From an uncultured Bacteroidales bacterium (GTDB lineage: Bacteria; Bacteroidota; Bacteroidia; Bacteroidales; JALTDM01), in contig CAYMVE010000004.1 of NCBI GenBank assembly GCA_964393715.1, positions 1 to 35,539 of the forward strand: a stretch of DNA of 35,539 nt, read 5' to 3'. A program made the translations under genes and the position numbers. Shown piece after piece: positions 8,415-17,007 of this stretch (the stretch's first letter is position 1; each line of letters starts with the position of its first letter). The notes below the pieces were generated by a model that had not been told where the DNA came from, made no database searches, and saw nothing but the letters and a program-made list of their open reading frames with translations.

Positions 8415-9320
8415 ATGGACATACTAATAAAAATCTTAGGAGCGGTTGCCACAATATTTGTAGCATTTTTGGTTGGAATGCTGTATATGGGGCTTAGTAG
8501 GAAGATCACCGCAAGGGTACAAAATCGAATAGGTCCGCCTGTTTGGCAGAACTATATTGATGCCTTGAAACTCGTATCAAAAACCACTGCGGTACATCAT
8601 GGTATCATGCAACATTTGGCACCGGCCTTTTTGATGGTATCATCGATTGTTACTTTGATGTTCGTACCGGTTTTGAGGGATCACAACTGGTTTCCGAATT
8701 TGAGTTTTCACGGTGACCTGATATTTCTGCTTTATATTATGGTATTCGGTCCGTTGGGTATGGCTTTGGGAGCCGGACAAACCGGCAACCCAAATTCTGC
8801 TATCGGTATTACTCGTGGATTGAGTCAGCTTACCGGTTTTGAAATCCCCTGGGTAATGGCTTTGGTAGCTATTATGATTCAATATGATACTACTTCGGTA
8901 GCCGATGTAATGAAAGTACAGCAGGAACACGGTTGGTTGATGTTCCAAAATCCGTTTGCTTTCATTGCGGCCGTGTTGGCTATGTTAGGAATGTTTCGCT
9001 ATTCTCCGTTTGATATTGTCGGAGCACCTGCTGAATTGGCATCTGGTCCGGTATCCGAGTTTGGAGGTAAGTATTTGGGGCTTATGATGTCGTCCAAATC
9101 CATTTTTGCCTTTGCCAAATTGACTTTGTATGTTGATTTGTTTATGGGCGGTGCTTCCAATTTGATAGAACTGTTGGTAAAAACTTTTGCCTTATACCTT
9201 ATCCCCATGCTGTATGGCATGGTTAGTCCCAGATACAGAACGGAGCAAGCCATTCGTTATTTCTGGGGATGGCCTTTGTTTTTCGGGCTTTTGGCAATTT
9301 TGTATTCAGTAATTTTTTAA
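8415..9320 (+). CDS. nuoH: NuoH-like membrane anchor subunit (MbsM)
   Basis: RKITARVQNRIGPP, PFDIVGAPAELASGPVSEFGG and PRYRTEQ motifs. Confidence 0.92.
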   Translation: MDILIKILGAVATIFVAFLVGMLYMGLSRKITARVQNRIGPPVWQNYIDALKLVSKTTAVHHGIMQHLAPAFLMVSSIVTLMFVPVLRDHNWFPNLSFHGDLIFLLYIMVFGPLGMALGAGQTGNPNSAIGITRGLSQLTGFEIPWVMALVAIMIQYDTTSVADVMKVQQEHGWLMFQNPFAFIAAVLAMLGMFRYSPFDIVGAPAELASGPVSEFGGKYLGLMMSSKSIFAFAKLTLYVDLFMGGASNLIELLVKTFALYLIPMLYGMVSPRYRTEQAIRYFWGWPLFFGLLAILYSVIF

Positions 9321-9332
9321 ATATAGTTAGCA

Positions 9333-9884
9333 ATGATAAACGATAAAAATAGCCAAAAAATAGTTGATATAATCCAAAACTTTGCCCGTAAGCATTCTTT
9401 GTTTGTATTGGCTTACGGAACAGGTTGCGGGGCGATTGAAATACCTCCGACCATGACATCAAGGTACGATGCCGAGAGGTTTGGTATTAGAGGAGCCGCT
9501 ACACCTCGACAAGCCGATGTGCTGCTTATTACCGGATATTTGACCACCAAAACTCTGAAAAGAGTAATAAGAGTCTATGAACAAATGCAGGATCCCAAGT
9601 ATGTTATAGGGTTCGGTTCCTGTACCATAAACGGAGGAATGTATTGGGATTCTTATAACACCATAAAAGTGCTGGACAAATATTTGCCCGTTGATGTATA
9701 TATAAACGGCTGTATGCCACGACCTGAAGCCGTTATAGAAGGGTTTATCAAGTTACAAAAACTTATTGCGGAAGGAAAAGCCAACGGCGCAAAGAAATAT
9801 AAAGAAAATTTGGAATGGTATCGGGCTAATCAGAAAAAAGTATTAGGGCCTACTGTTCCGCACATTCAAGAATATAACTGGTAA
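9333..9884 (+). CDS. nuoB: NuoB-like Fe-S small subunit (MbsJ)
   Basis: TGCGAIE, RYDAERFG, PRQADVL, GSCTINGG and VDVYINGCMPRPE motifs; only three Cys (32, 97, 127). Confidence 0.92.
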   Translation: MINDKNSQKIVDIIQNFARKHSLFVLAYGTGCGAIEIPPTMTSRYDAERFGIRGAATPRQADVLLITGYLTTKTLKRVIRVYEQMQDPKYVIGFGSCTINGGMYWDSYNTIKVLDKYLPVDVYINGCMPRPEAVIEGFIKLQKLIAEGKANGAKKYKENLEWYRANQKKVLGPTVPHIQEYNW

Positions 9885-9896
9885 ACTTGCAAAGTC

Positions 9897-10472
9897 ATGA
9901 TGGAAGAAAAAAAACAATCAATCATAGAAAGATTGCAAAAAGCATTTCCCGAAATAGAGGAAACGAAGGTCGATTATCCTTATAATAGGGTGGACCTGCG
10001 AATTGCCAAAAATAAAATTCCGGCAATCTTGTTTTATCTAAAAGACGAAATGAGATTTATCCACCTTTCTCATATTACTTGTATAGACTGGATAGAAGAC
10101 GAAAAATTTGAATTGATTTTTATCGTTTGGTCGCCGGAGGAAAAAATAAAAGTTTTCGTAAGAACTTTCCTTGACAGGAATAATCCTGTTATGGAAAATA
10201 TTGACATGATATGGCGGCAAGCCAATACTTATGAAAGAGAGTTGAGGGAAATGTTCGGAATTCAATTTGAAGGATTGGTAGCCCCCAAAGAATTTATTTT
10301 GGAAGATTGGGACGATATACCACCTATGAGACGGGATTTTGATACAGAAGCTTATGCTAAAAAACGATTCTTTGAACGACCGGGCCGTGAAGATGCTCGT
10401 GATGTAAGGAAAACTATTGCAGAAAGAACCGGAGAAACCATACCTGAATTTGCAAAGAAATATTCAAGATAA
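9897..10472 (+). CDS. nuoC: NuoC-like subunit (MbsK)
   Basis: ANTYERELREMFGIQFEG and EDWDDIPPMRRDF motifs. Confidence 0.92.
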   Translation: MMEEKKQSIIERLQKAFPEIEETKVDYPYNRVDLRIAKNKIPAILFYLKDEMRFIHLSHITCIDWIEDEKFELIFIVWSPEEKIKVFVRTFLDRNNPVMENIDMIWRQANTYERELREMFGIQFEGLVAPKEFILEDWDDIPPMRRDFDTEAYAKKRFFERPGREDARDVRKTIAERTGETIPEFAKKYSR

Positions 10473-10483
10473 TTTTTGGAACA

Positions 10484-11602
10484 ATGGCAAGAGAAAAAGT
10501 AACAACATTATATTTAGGACCTCAGCACCCCGGTATTACGGGTAACATGATGGTCAGACTGAAGCTCAAAGGAGATACCATAGTCGGAGCAAGAACCGAA
10601 GTCGGTTATCTTCATAGAGGTTTTGAAAAATTACAGGAAAAAAGAAATTGGCTGCAATCTTTTACCATATTGTGCCGTTTCTGTGTTCCCGAACCCGATC
10701 CGGTAGAAGAAGCCTATGCTTTGGCCGTGGAAATGCTAGAAGGAAGAGAAGTGCCTGAAAGGGCAAAATATATCAGAGTGCTGGTGCTGGAAATGGCCCG
10801 TATAGCGTCTTATTTATTGTGGTACGGTGGACAATCGGGGTCTGCCGGACTTTACACAATCGGGCAATGGAGTGTAGGAGACCGGAACTATATACTCGAT
10901 TTGTTTGAAGATTTGACTGGTGGTCGTGTGTATCACATGTTTATCTGGCCGGGCGGCGTAAGACGAGATTTGCCCAGAGGTTTTAAAGATAAGGCCATGA
11001 AAGTAATGGATTATTTGGAAAAGCGTCTGGAAGATTACGATACCCTGCTTTTTGAAAATGCCATTTTCCAAAAAAGAGCACAAGGCGTGGGCGTGATTGA
11101 CAAAAACAAAGCCGTGGAATGGGGAGTAGTAGGGCCGCCGCTTAGAGGATGTGGCATCAAAAGCGATATCCGGATAGATGACCCGTACGAAGTGTATGAT
11201 GAGTTGTACGAAAAAGGTGTATTTGAAGTGCCTGCTTATGAAGGTGGTGATGTTTGGGCAAGGGCTTTGGTTAGAAGATTTGAAATAAGACAGTCCATAA
11301 ATATCATCAGGTATGTTTTGGATAATATGCCGGAAGGAGAATTTTATAACAAGATACCGAATCCACACAAATGGAAATTACCTAAAGGCGATGCTTACTC
11401 CAGAGTGGAAGCTACTCGTGGAGAAATCGGATTCTTTGTAGCAAGCGACGGAGGTATTTATCCGAGAAGGACACACATGAGAGGTGCTGCTTATGTACAC
11501 GGAGTAACACTGCTCGAAAATCTCCTTATAGGAGAAAATGTGGCAGATGTTTCTTTTATTATGAATAGTTTGGGAACTTGTCCACCTGAAATAGAAAGAT
11601 AA
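10484..11602 (+). CDS. nuoD: NuoD/hydrogenase-large-subunit homologue of the MbsL/MbxL type (no NiFe site)
   Basis: GPQHP and GYLHRGFEK motifs. The L1 position reads CRFCVPEPD and the C-terminus reads SLGTCPPEIER, leaving one Cys per hydrogenase CxxC motif. Confidence 0.9.
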   Translation: MAREKVTTLYLGPQHPGITGNMMVRLKLKGDTIVGARTEVGYLHRGFEKLQEKRNWLQSFTILCRFCVPEPDPVEEAYALAVEMLEGREVPERAKYIRVLVLEMARIASYLLWYGGQSGSAGLYTIGQWSVGDRNYILDLFEDLTGGRVYHMFIWPGGVRRDLPRGFKDKAMKVMDYLEKRLEDYDTLLFENAIFQKRAQGVGVIDKNKAVEWGVVGPPLRGCGIKSDIRIDDPYEVYDELYEKGVFEVPAYEGGDVWARALVRRFEIRQSINIIRYVLDNMPEGEFYNKIPNPHKWKLPKGDAYSRVEATRGEIGFFVASDGGIYPRRTHMRGAAYVHGVTLLENLLIGENVADVSFIMNSLGTCPPEIER

Positions 11603-11620
11603 ACATTAAAAATTAAGGTT

Positions 11621-13417
11621 ATGAGTTTTTTTAATTTGAAAGGCACATTAAAACCGCTAACTTCGTTAAAGCAATTTGCCAAGAAACCACATACCATAGA
11701 GTTTCCATTGGAAGCTCCGGAAACAAGCGAAAGATATAGAGGGTTACACTTTAATAATCTGGAATACTGTATTGGGTGCGGCAACTGTTCTACTATCTGT
11801 CAAAATGCGGCAATAGACATGATTCCCGTAGAAGGAATCGAACCTAAAAAAGGAGATTCCGGACTTAGGCCGCGAGTGGACAACGGAAGATGTTGTTGGT
11901 GTGCTTTGTGCGTGGAAGTGTGTCCGACCGGAAGTCTTTCTTTGACAAAGGATTATATATTTGTTTCGGATAATCCGGATGACTTTTTGTGGACGCCTGG
12001 TGTGGACAATCCTGACGGAATCAATTTGATTTCGTTTACTTCTTCGCCGGATACTTCGCTCAATGAATATGAAAGAGTTCCCATGCCGGAACTGGACGGG
12101 AAAGAAAGAGTCAAGTCGTTTGCCGAAGTGGTATTGGGATATCAGGAAGAAGAAGCCCGCAAAGAAGCACAAAGATGTATCAGCTGCGGATTGTGTACCG
12201 AAGCATGTCCCGACCACATGCATATTCCAGAGTATATCAATGCCATAGCAAGTGGTAACGACGAAGATGCCATCCGTATTATTTACGATAACAACCCGTT
12301 GCCGGAAATGTGCGGTAAGGTATGTACCCGCAGATGTGAAGAAGTGTGTGCTATTGCCAAACGAGGCGAACCGCTTGCTATTAGATGGCTCAAAAGATAT
12401 GCTACGGAAAGAGCGGAAAATGCCGATTTGATCAAAGAAATTGTGAATCCTGAAATATTGCCGCCCAATGGCTACAAAGTAGGTATTATCGGAGCCGGTC
12501 CGTCAGGTCTTACGGCTGGTTATTATCTGGCACTCAGAGGCTTTGATGTGACTATTTACGAAGCCCATGATAAGCCGGGCGGTATGACCATGTATGGGAT
12601 ACCTAAATACAGGTTGCCTCTGGAAAGCTTGATGAAGCAAGTGGAATACATGGAAAAAATCGGTGTTAAGATTCATTACAACACCAAAGTAGGTAAGGAT
12701 ATTAGTTTTGAAGAAATTTATGAAAAGTTTGATGCCGTATTTGTGGGAGTAGGTTTTGCCAAGCCATGGACCCTGGGTATAGAAGGAGAAGATTTGGAAG
12801 GCTCTTCGCAAGCGGTATATTTCCTCGAAAGAATCAATAGCGGAGAGAGAATAGATGTTGGTTACAGAGTAGTGGTAATAGGAGGAGGAAATGTGGCAAT
12901 AGACGCTGCCAGAGTATCGAGAAGGTTAGGGGCTGAAGTAGTAATGCTATACAGAAGAAGAATTGAAGACATGCCGGCCGACTGGGAAGAAATAGAAGGA
13001 GCGGAAGCCGAAGGTGTTCAAATTATCCCCCAAACCATACCGATTAAGATTCACGGAGAAAACGGTAAGGTAAAAGCCGTAGAATATTTGAAAGCCGAAA
13101 TGGTGCCAGATCCGAAAGGAGGAAGACCCAGACCTCAGCCGATAGAAGGTAGTAACACCATAATAGAATGTAGCTCGGTATTTGCGGCTATCGGTCAGCA
13201 AGGTGATTACTCTTTCATAGAAGAAAGCAAGTTCAAAGATGCCATTAAGATAGAAAGAGGCAGATTTGTTGTGAATGAAATGCAACAAACAACCCTTGAC
13301 AAAGTGTTTGCCGGTGGTGATGCTGTAAACAGAACGGCTGATGCTATCAGTGCTATTGCCGATGGTTATCGTGCCGTAAAAGGTATCGAAAAATTCTTGC
13401 TGGGAAAGAATAAATAA
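11621..13417 (+). CDS. NuoI-like 2x[4Fe-4S] subunit (MbsN) fused to a GltD/SudA/NfnB-type FAD- and NAD(P)H-binding oxidoreductase
   Basis: N-terminal SERYRGLH, CIGCGNCSTIC and CCWCALCVEVCP; then EAQRCISCGLCTEACP, CGKVCTRRCEEVC, GAGPSG (FAD), GGGNVAID...YRRR (NADPH-type) and VFAGGD. Confidence 0.9.
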   Translation: MSFFNLKGTLKPLTSLKQFAKKPHTIEFPLEAPETSERYRGLHFNNLEYCIGCGNCSTICQNAAIDMIPVEGIEPKKGDSGLRPRVDNGRCCWCALCVEVCPTGSLSLTKDYIFVSDNPDDFLWTPGVDNPDGINLISFTSSPDTSLNEYERVPMPELDGKERVKSFAEVVLGYQEEEARKEAQRCISCGLCTEACPDHMHIPEYINAIASGNDEDAIRIIYDNNPLPEMCGKVCTRRCEEVCAIAKRGEPLAIRWLKRYATERAENADLIKEIVNPEILPPNGYKVGIIGAGPSGLTAGYYLALRGFDVTIYEAHDKPGGMTMYGIPKYRLPLESLMKQVEYMEKIGVKIHYNTKVGKDISFEEIYEKFDAVFVGVGFAKPWTLGIEGEDLEGSSQAVYFLERINSGERIDVGYRVVVIGGGNVAIDAARVSRRLGAEVVMLYRRRIEDMPADWEEIEGAEAEGVQIIPQTIPIKIHGENGKVKAVEYLKAEMVPDPKGGRPRPQPIEGSNTIIECSSVFAAIGQQGDYSFIEESKFKDAIKIERGRFVVNEMQQTTLDKVFAGGDAVNRTADAISAIADGYRAVKGIEKFLLGKNK

Positions 13418-13444
13418 AATCCGTATAAAAATAGGTGTGTTTCT

Positions 13445-13479
13445 AAAAAGCCGCTTCCGTGTCGGGGAGTGGCTTTTTT
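13445..13479 (+). terminator. Rho-independent terminator ending the MBS-like operon
   Basis: AAAAAGCCGCTTCC-gtgtcg-GGGAGTGGCTTTTTT. Confidence 0.85.
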
Positions 13480-13562
13480 ATTGAAACGGGCAATTTTGAT
13501 GACTTTTTCATAAAAAGAAAAATCTTTTGAGTAATATTTGTTTTTTGATAACAAGTATTTGT

Positions 13563-13570
13563 TACTTTTG
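13563..13570 (+). promoter_or_regulatory. Bacteroidota -7 promoter element for the serC operon
   Basis: TACTTTTG 30 nt upstream of the ATG; TTTG at 13537-13540 is a possible -33 element. Confidence 0.65.
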
Positions 13571-13600
13571 TGGTTAAAATAACTTAAAAACGAATAAACT

Positions 13601-14668
13601 ATGAAACATAATTTTTATGCCGGTCCGGCTATATTGCCGAAAGAAGCCATAGAGAACAGTATAGAAGCTTTGAAAGACTTTGCGGGAATGGGACTTTCGC
13701 TCATTGAGATTTCGCACAGAAGCAAAGAATTCGAGGCTGTAATGAAAGAAGCTCAACAAACGGTAAAAGAGCTTTTGAATATTAGTGACGATTACGAAGT
13801 TTTGTTTTTGCAAGGAGGTGCCAGCACCCAATTTTTAATGGTGCCTTATAACTTTTTAGAAAAGAAAGCGGCTTATCTAGATACCGGTGCTTGGGCCAGC
13901 AAAGCGATAAAGGAAGCAAAACTTTTCGGAGAAGTGGAAGTGGTGGCTTCATCCAAAGATAAGAATTACAGTTATTTGCCTAAAAATTATCATGTGCCGG
14001 AAGATGCAGATTATTTTCATATTACTACCAACAATACCATTTACGGAACGGAAATCAAACACGATCCGGATGTGAAAGTTCCTCTTGTTGCCGATATGTC
14101 TTCAGATTTTATGAGTCGTCCCGTGGATGTTTCCAAATATACTTTAATATATGCAGGAGCTCAAAAGAATGTAGGTCCGGCAGGTGTAACCGTTGTTATT
14201 GTAAAGAAAAATGCTTTGGGTAAAGTATCGCGGCCTTTGCCTACCATGATGAATTATCAAACGCATGTGGACAAAGGGTCTATGTTTAATACGCCGCCTG
14301 TATTTGCCGTTTATGCAACTTTGCAAACCTTGAAATGGTTGAAAAATTTGGGTGGTGTGGAAGCCATAGAAAAAATAAACATCGAAAAAGCCAATATGCT
14401 TTATGATGAAATAGACAGGAACAAATTGTTCAAACCTACTGTTGAAGATGCCGAAGACCGTTCCAGAATGAATGTTTGTTTTGTGATGAACGAAGCCTAT
14501 AAAGATTTGGATAAGGAATTTTTGGATTTTGCAGCTAAGCAGGATATCGTTGGCATTAAAGGACACCGTTCCGTAGGAGGATTTAGAGCTTCCATATACA
14601 ATGCTTTACCTCTTGACAGTGTGAAACATCTGGTTAATGTTATGAAAGAATTTGAAAAACTTCACTAA
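13601..14668 (+). CDS. serC: 3-phosphoserine/phosphohydroxythreonine aminotransferase
   Basis: [35 protein letters not shown] (PLP Lys), SMFNTPP and [15 protein letters not shown] motifs. Confidence 0.97.
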   Translation: MKHNFYAGPAILPKEAIENSIEALKDFAGMGLSLIEISHRSKEFEAVMKEAQQTVKELLNISDDYEVLFLQGGASTQFLMVPYNFLEKKAAYLDTGAWASKAIKEAKLFGEVEVVASSKDKNYSYLPKNYHVPEDADYFHITTNNTIYGTEIKHDPDVKVPLVADMSSDFMSRPVDVSKYTLIYAGAQKNVGPAGVTVVIVKKNALGKVSRPLPTMMNYQTHVDKGSMFNTPPVFAVYATLQTLKWLKNLGGVEAIEKINIEKANMLYDEIDRNKLFKPTVEDAEDRSRMNVCFVMNEAYKDLDKEFLDFAAKQDIVGIKGHRSVGGFRASIYNALPLDSVKHLVNVMKEFEKLH

Positions 14669-14682
14669 AAACTTATTGTCTT

Positions 14683-15606
14683 ATGAAAACCATATTAGTA
14701 GCGACACAAAAACCGTTTGCTCCGGTAGCAGTTGAAGGAATTAAAAAAATTGCCGAAGAAGCCGGATATAATTTTAAATTGTTGGAAAAATACGAAAATG
14801 AAGACCAGCTGAAAGAGGCGGTAAAAGAAGCGAATGCACTTATCGTAAGGAGCGATAAAATACATGCGGGCATTATGGATGCTGCTCCCAAGTTGGAAGT
14901 AATAGTACGGGCGGGAGCCGGTTTTGATAATATCGATTTGGAAGCCGCTACGCAACGAAATATCGTAGTGATGAATACGCCCGGACAAAATGCCAATGCC
15001 GTAGCCGAATTGGTAATCGGGATGATGATTTATTATGTCAGAAACTTTTTTAACGGAAAACCCGGTACCGAACTGATGGGGAAAACCTTAGGGTTGCACG
15101 CTTTTGGTAATGTAGCCAGAAATGTGGCAAGAATTGCCAAAGGTATCGGTATGAAAATGTATGCTTACGACCCGTTCCTTACCGACGAGCAAATCAGGGA
15201 AGGAGGTGCGGAACCTGTTCATTCCGTAGAAGAATTGTATAGCAAATCTCAATATGTGTCGTTGCATATTCCTGCTATCAAAGAAACGATAAAAAGCATC
15301 AATTACGACTTGTTGAAGCGGATGCCGGAAGGGGCAACCCTTGTTAATGCCGCCAGAAAAGAAGTGATTGATGAAGACGACTTACTTAAAATTTTTGAAG
15401 AAAGGGAAGATTTCGGTTATATCAGCGACATTGCTCCCGACAATAAAGATATTATTGCCGAAAAATATCCCGGGAGATATTATTTTACGCCGAAAAAAAT
15501 GGGAGCACAAACGGCAGAAGCTAACATTAATGCCGGATTGGCGGCAGCAAGACAAATAGTGACATTTTTTAAAACCGGGGAAGCCAAATTTCAAGTTAAC
15601 AAATAA
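14683..15606 (+). CDS. serA: D-3-phosphoglycerate dehydrogenase, short type without ACT domain (Lys-type active site)
   Basis: RAGAGFDNID, VMNTPGQNANAVAE, SLHIP and VNAAR motifs; TPKKMGAQTAEA in place of TPHLGAST; adjacent to serC. Confidence 0.88.
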   Translation: MKTILVATQKPFAPVAVEGIKKIAEEAGYNFKLLEKYENEDQLKEAVKEANALIVRSDKIHAGIMDAAPKLEVIVRAGAGFDNIDLEAATQRNIVVMNTPGQNANAVAELVIGMMIYYVRNFFNGKPGTELMGKTLGLHAFGNVARNVARIAKGIGMKMYAYDPFLTDEQIREGGAEPVHSVEELYSKSQYVSLHIPAIKETIKSINYDLLKRMPEGATLVNAARKEVIDEDDLLKIFEEREDFGYISDIAPDNKDIIAEKYPGRYYFTPKKMGAQTAEANINAGLAAARQIVTFFKTGEAKFQVNK

Positions 15607-15620
15607 AAAAGTGTGAGCAT

Positions 15621-16874
15621 ATGGTAAAGATTAAAGCATTTAAAGCGTTGAGGCCGCCTAAAAATTTGGCGGATAAAGTTGCGGCAAGGCCTTACGATGT
15701 GTTGAACAGCAAAGAAGCCAGAAAAGAAGCGGAAGGAAATCCTTATTCGCTTTTGCACATAACAAAACCCGAAATAGACTTACCCGAAGGAACGGATGAA
15801 CACGATCCGAAGGTGTATGAAAAAGCCAAAGAAAACTTTGAAAAATTCAGAAAAGAAGGCTATCTGGTACCCGATGACGATGAATATCTGTATGTGTATG
15901 CACAAACTATGAATGGTAAGACGCAATACGGTTTGGTGGCTTGTGCTGCGGTGGATGATTATTTGAACGGTGTAATCAAAAAACACGAACTGACTCGAAA
16001 GGATAAGGAAGAAGACAGAATGAAGCATGTGCGAGTAACCAATGCCAATATGGAACCTGTGTTTTTTACATACAGGAAAGTAAATGAGATAGATGAAATA
16101 ATAAATGACACCGTTAGGAATAATGAGCCCGAATATGATTTTGTGGCGGAAGATGGTGTAGGACACCATTTTTGGGTGATAAAAGATAAAGAGAAAATAA
16201 ACAGGCTGGTTGAACTGTTTGAACAAATACCTAACACTTATGTAGCAGACGGACATCATAGAACGGCTGCAGCGGCATTGGTAGGTGCCGAAAAGCGAAG
16301 AAATAATCCGAATCACCGGGGAGATGAAGAATACAACTTTTTTATGGCGGTACATTTTCCGGATGATCAACTTACCATTATTGATTACAATAGGGTGGTA
16401 AAGGATTTGAACGGATTGACAAAAGAGGCGTTTTTGGAAAAAGTGGCTACACATTTTGAGGTGGAAGAGGTAGGCGAAAATGAATATAAGCCTTCCCGGT
16501 TGCACGAATTTTCCATGTATTTGGACGGTAAGTGGTATAAGATGACCGCCAAAGAACACACTTACGACGATAATCATCCGATTGATGGACTGGATGTTAC
16601 GGTACTTTCAAAATATGTGCTGGACGAAATATTGGGCATCAAGGATTTGAGAACCGACAAACGAATAGATTTTGTTGGCGGCATAAGAGGTTTGGGCGAA
16701 TTGAAAAGGAGAGTGGATAGCGGAGAAATGAAAGTGGCTTTTGCATTGTATCCCGTTACGATGAAGCAATTGATGGATATTGCGGATGCCGATATGATTA
16801 TGCCTCCGAAAACCACTTGGTTTGAGCCTAAGCTGCGTAGTGGTTTGGCCGTACATTTGTTGGACAAAATTTAA
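15621..16874 (+). CDS. DUF1015 family protein
   Basis: PYDV, IKKHELTR, YVADGHHR and MPPKTTWFEPKLRSGL motifs; usual third gene of serC-serA clusters. Confidence 0.92.
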   Translation: MVKIKAFKALRPPKNLADKVAARPYDVLNSKEARKEAEGNPYSLLHITKPEIDLPEGTDEHDPKVYEKAKENFEKFRKEGYLVPDDDEYLYVYAQTMNGKTQYGLVACAAVDDYLNGVIKKHELTRKDKEEDRMKHVRVTNANMEPVFFTYRKVNEIDEIINDTVRNNEPEYDFVAEDGVGHHFWVIKDKEKINRLVELFEQIPNTYVADGHHRTAAAALVGAEKRRNNPNHRGDEEYNFFMAVHFPDDQLTIIDYNRVVKDLNGLTKEAFLEKVATHFEVEEVGENEYKPSRLHEFSMYLDGKWYKMTAKEHTYDDNHPIDGLDVTVLSKYVLDEILGIKDLRTDKRIDFVGGIRGLGELKRRVDSGEMKVAFALYPVTMKQLMDIADADMIMPPKTTWFEPKLRSGLAVHLLDKI

Positions 16875-16902
16875 TTTGTTCATTGCTGATAATTAGTGGT
16901 AT

Positions 16903-16927
16903 AAGCACCCTTCGGGGTGCTTTTTTT
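16903..16927 (+). terminator. Rho-independent terminator
   Basis: AAGCACCC-TTCG-GGGTGCTT followed by a T run; UUCG tetraloop. Confidence 0.9.
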
Positions 16928-16978
16928 GTTGGTGCTGGTCTTTTGTTTTCAATGATAAGCGGGTACTTACTTTTTTAT

Positions 16979-16986
16979 TACCTTTG
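16979..16986 (+). promoter_or_regulatory. Bacteroidota -7 promoter element for pdxA
   Basis: TACCTTTG 21 nt upstream of the ATG. Confidence 0.65.
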
Positions 16987-17007
16987 TACAATTAAAATCT
17001 AACCATA

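Noticed and set aside
10484-11602. Group 4 [NiFe]-hydrogenase large subunit (apparent CxxC at C64/C67)
   Set aside because: The CxxC is out of register with RxCxxC, the C-terminal DPCxxC is reduced to GTCPPE, and no hyp or maturation-protease genes are in the window.
2532-13417. Ordinary complex I plus a separate Mrp antiporter
   Set aside because: No NuoA/J/E/F/G and no full MrpA; the quinone-binding Tyr of DRLDY and the second His of the NuoD loop are absent; the gene order matches MBS.
11621-13417. Glutamate synthase small subunit gltD
   Set aside because: No gltB nearby, and the domain is fused to a NuoI-like module at the end of the respiratory operon.
15780-16577. 265-aa antisense ORF, and similar ones at 10814-11368, 20024-20659, 20975-21616, 31374-32066 and 32551-33141
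   Set aside because: They lie opposite well-supported genes, are rich in Phe/Ile/His as expected for antisense shadows, and show no motifs.
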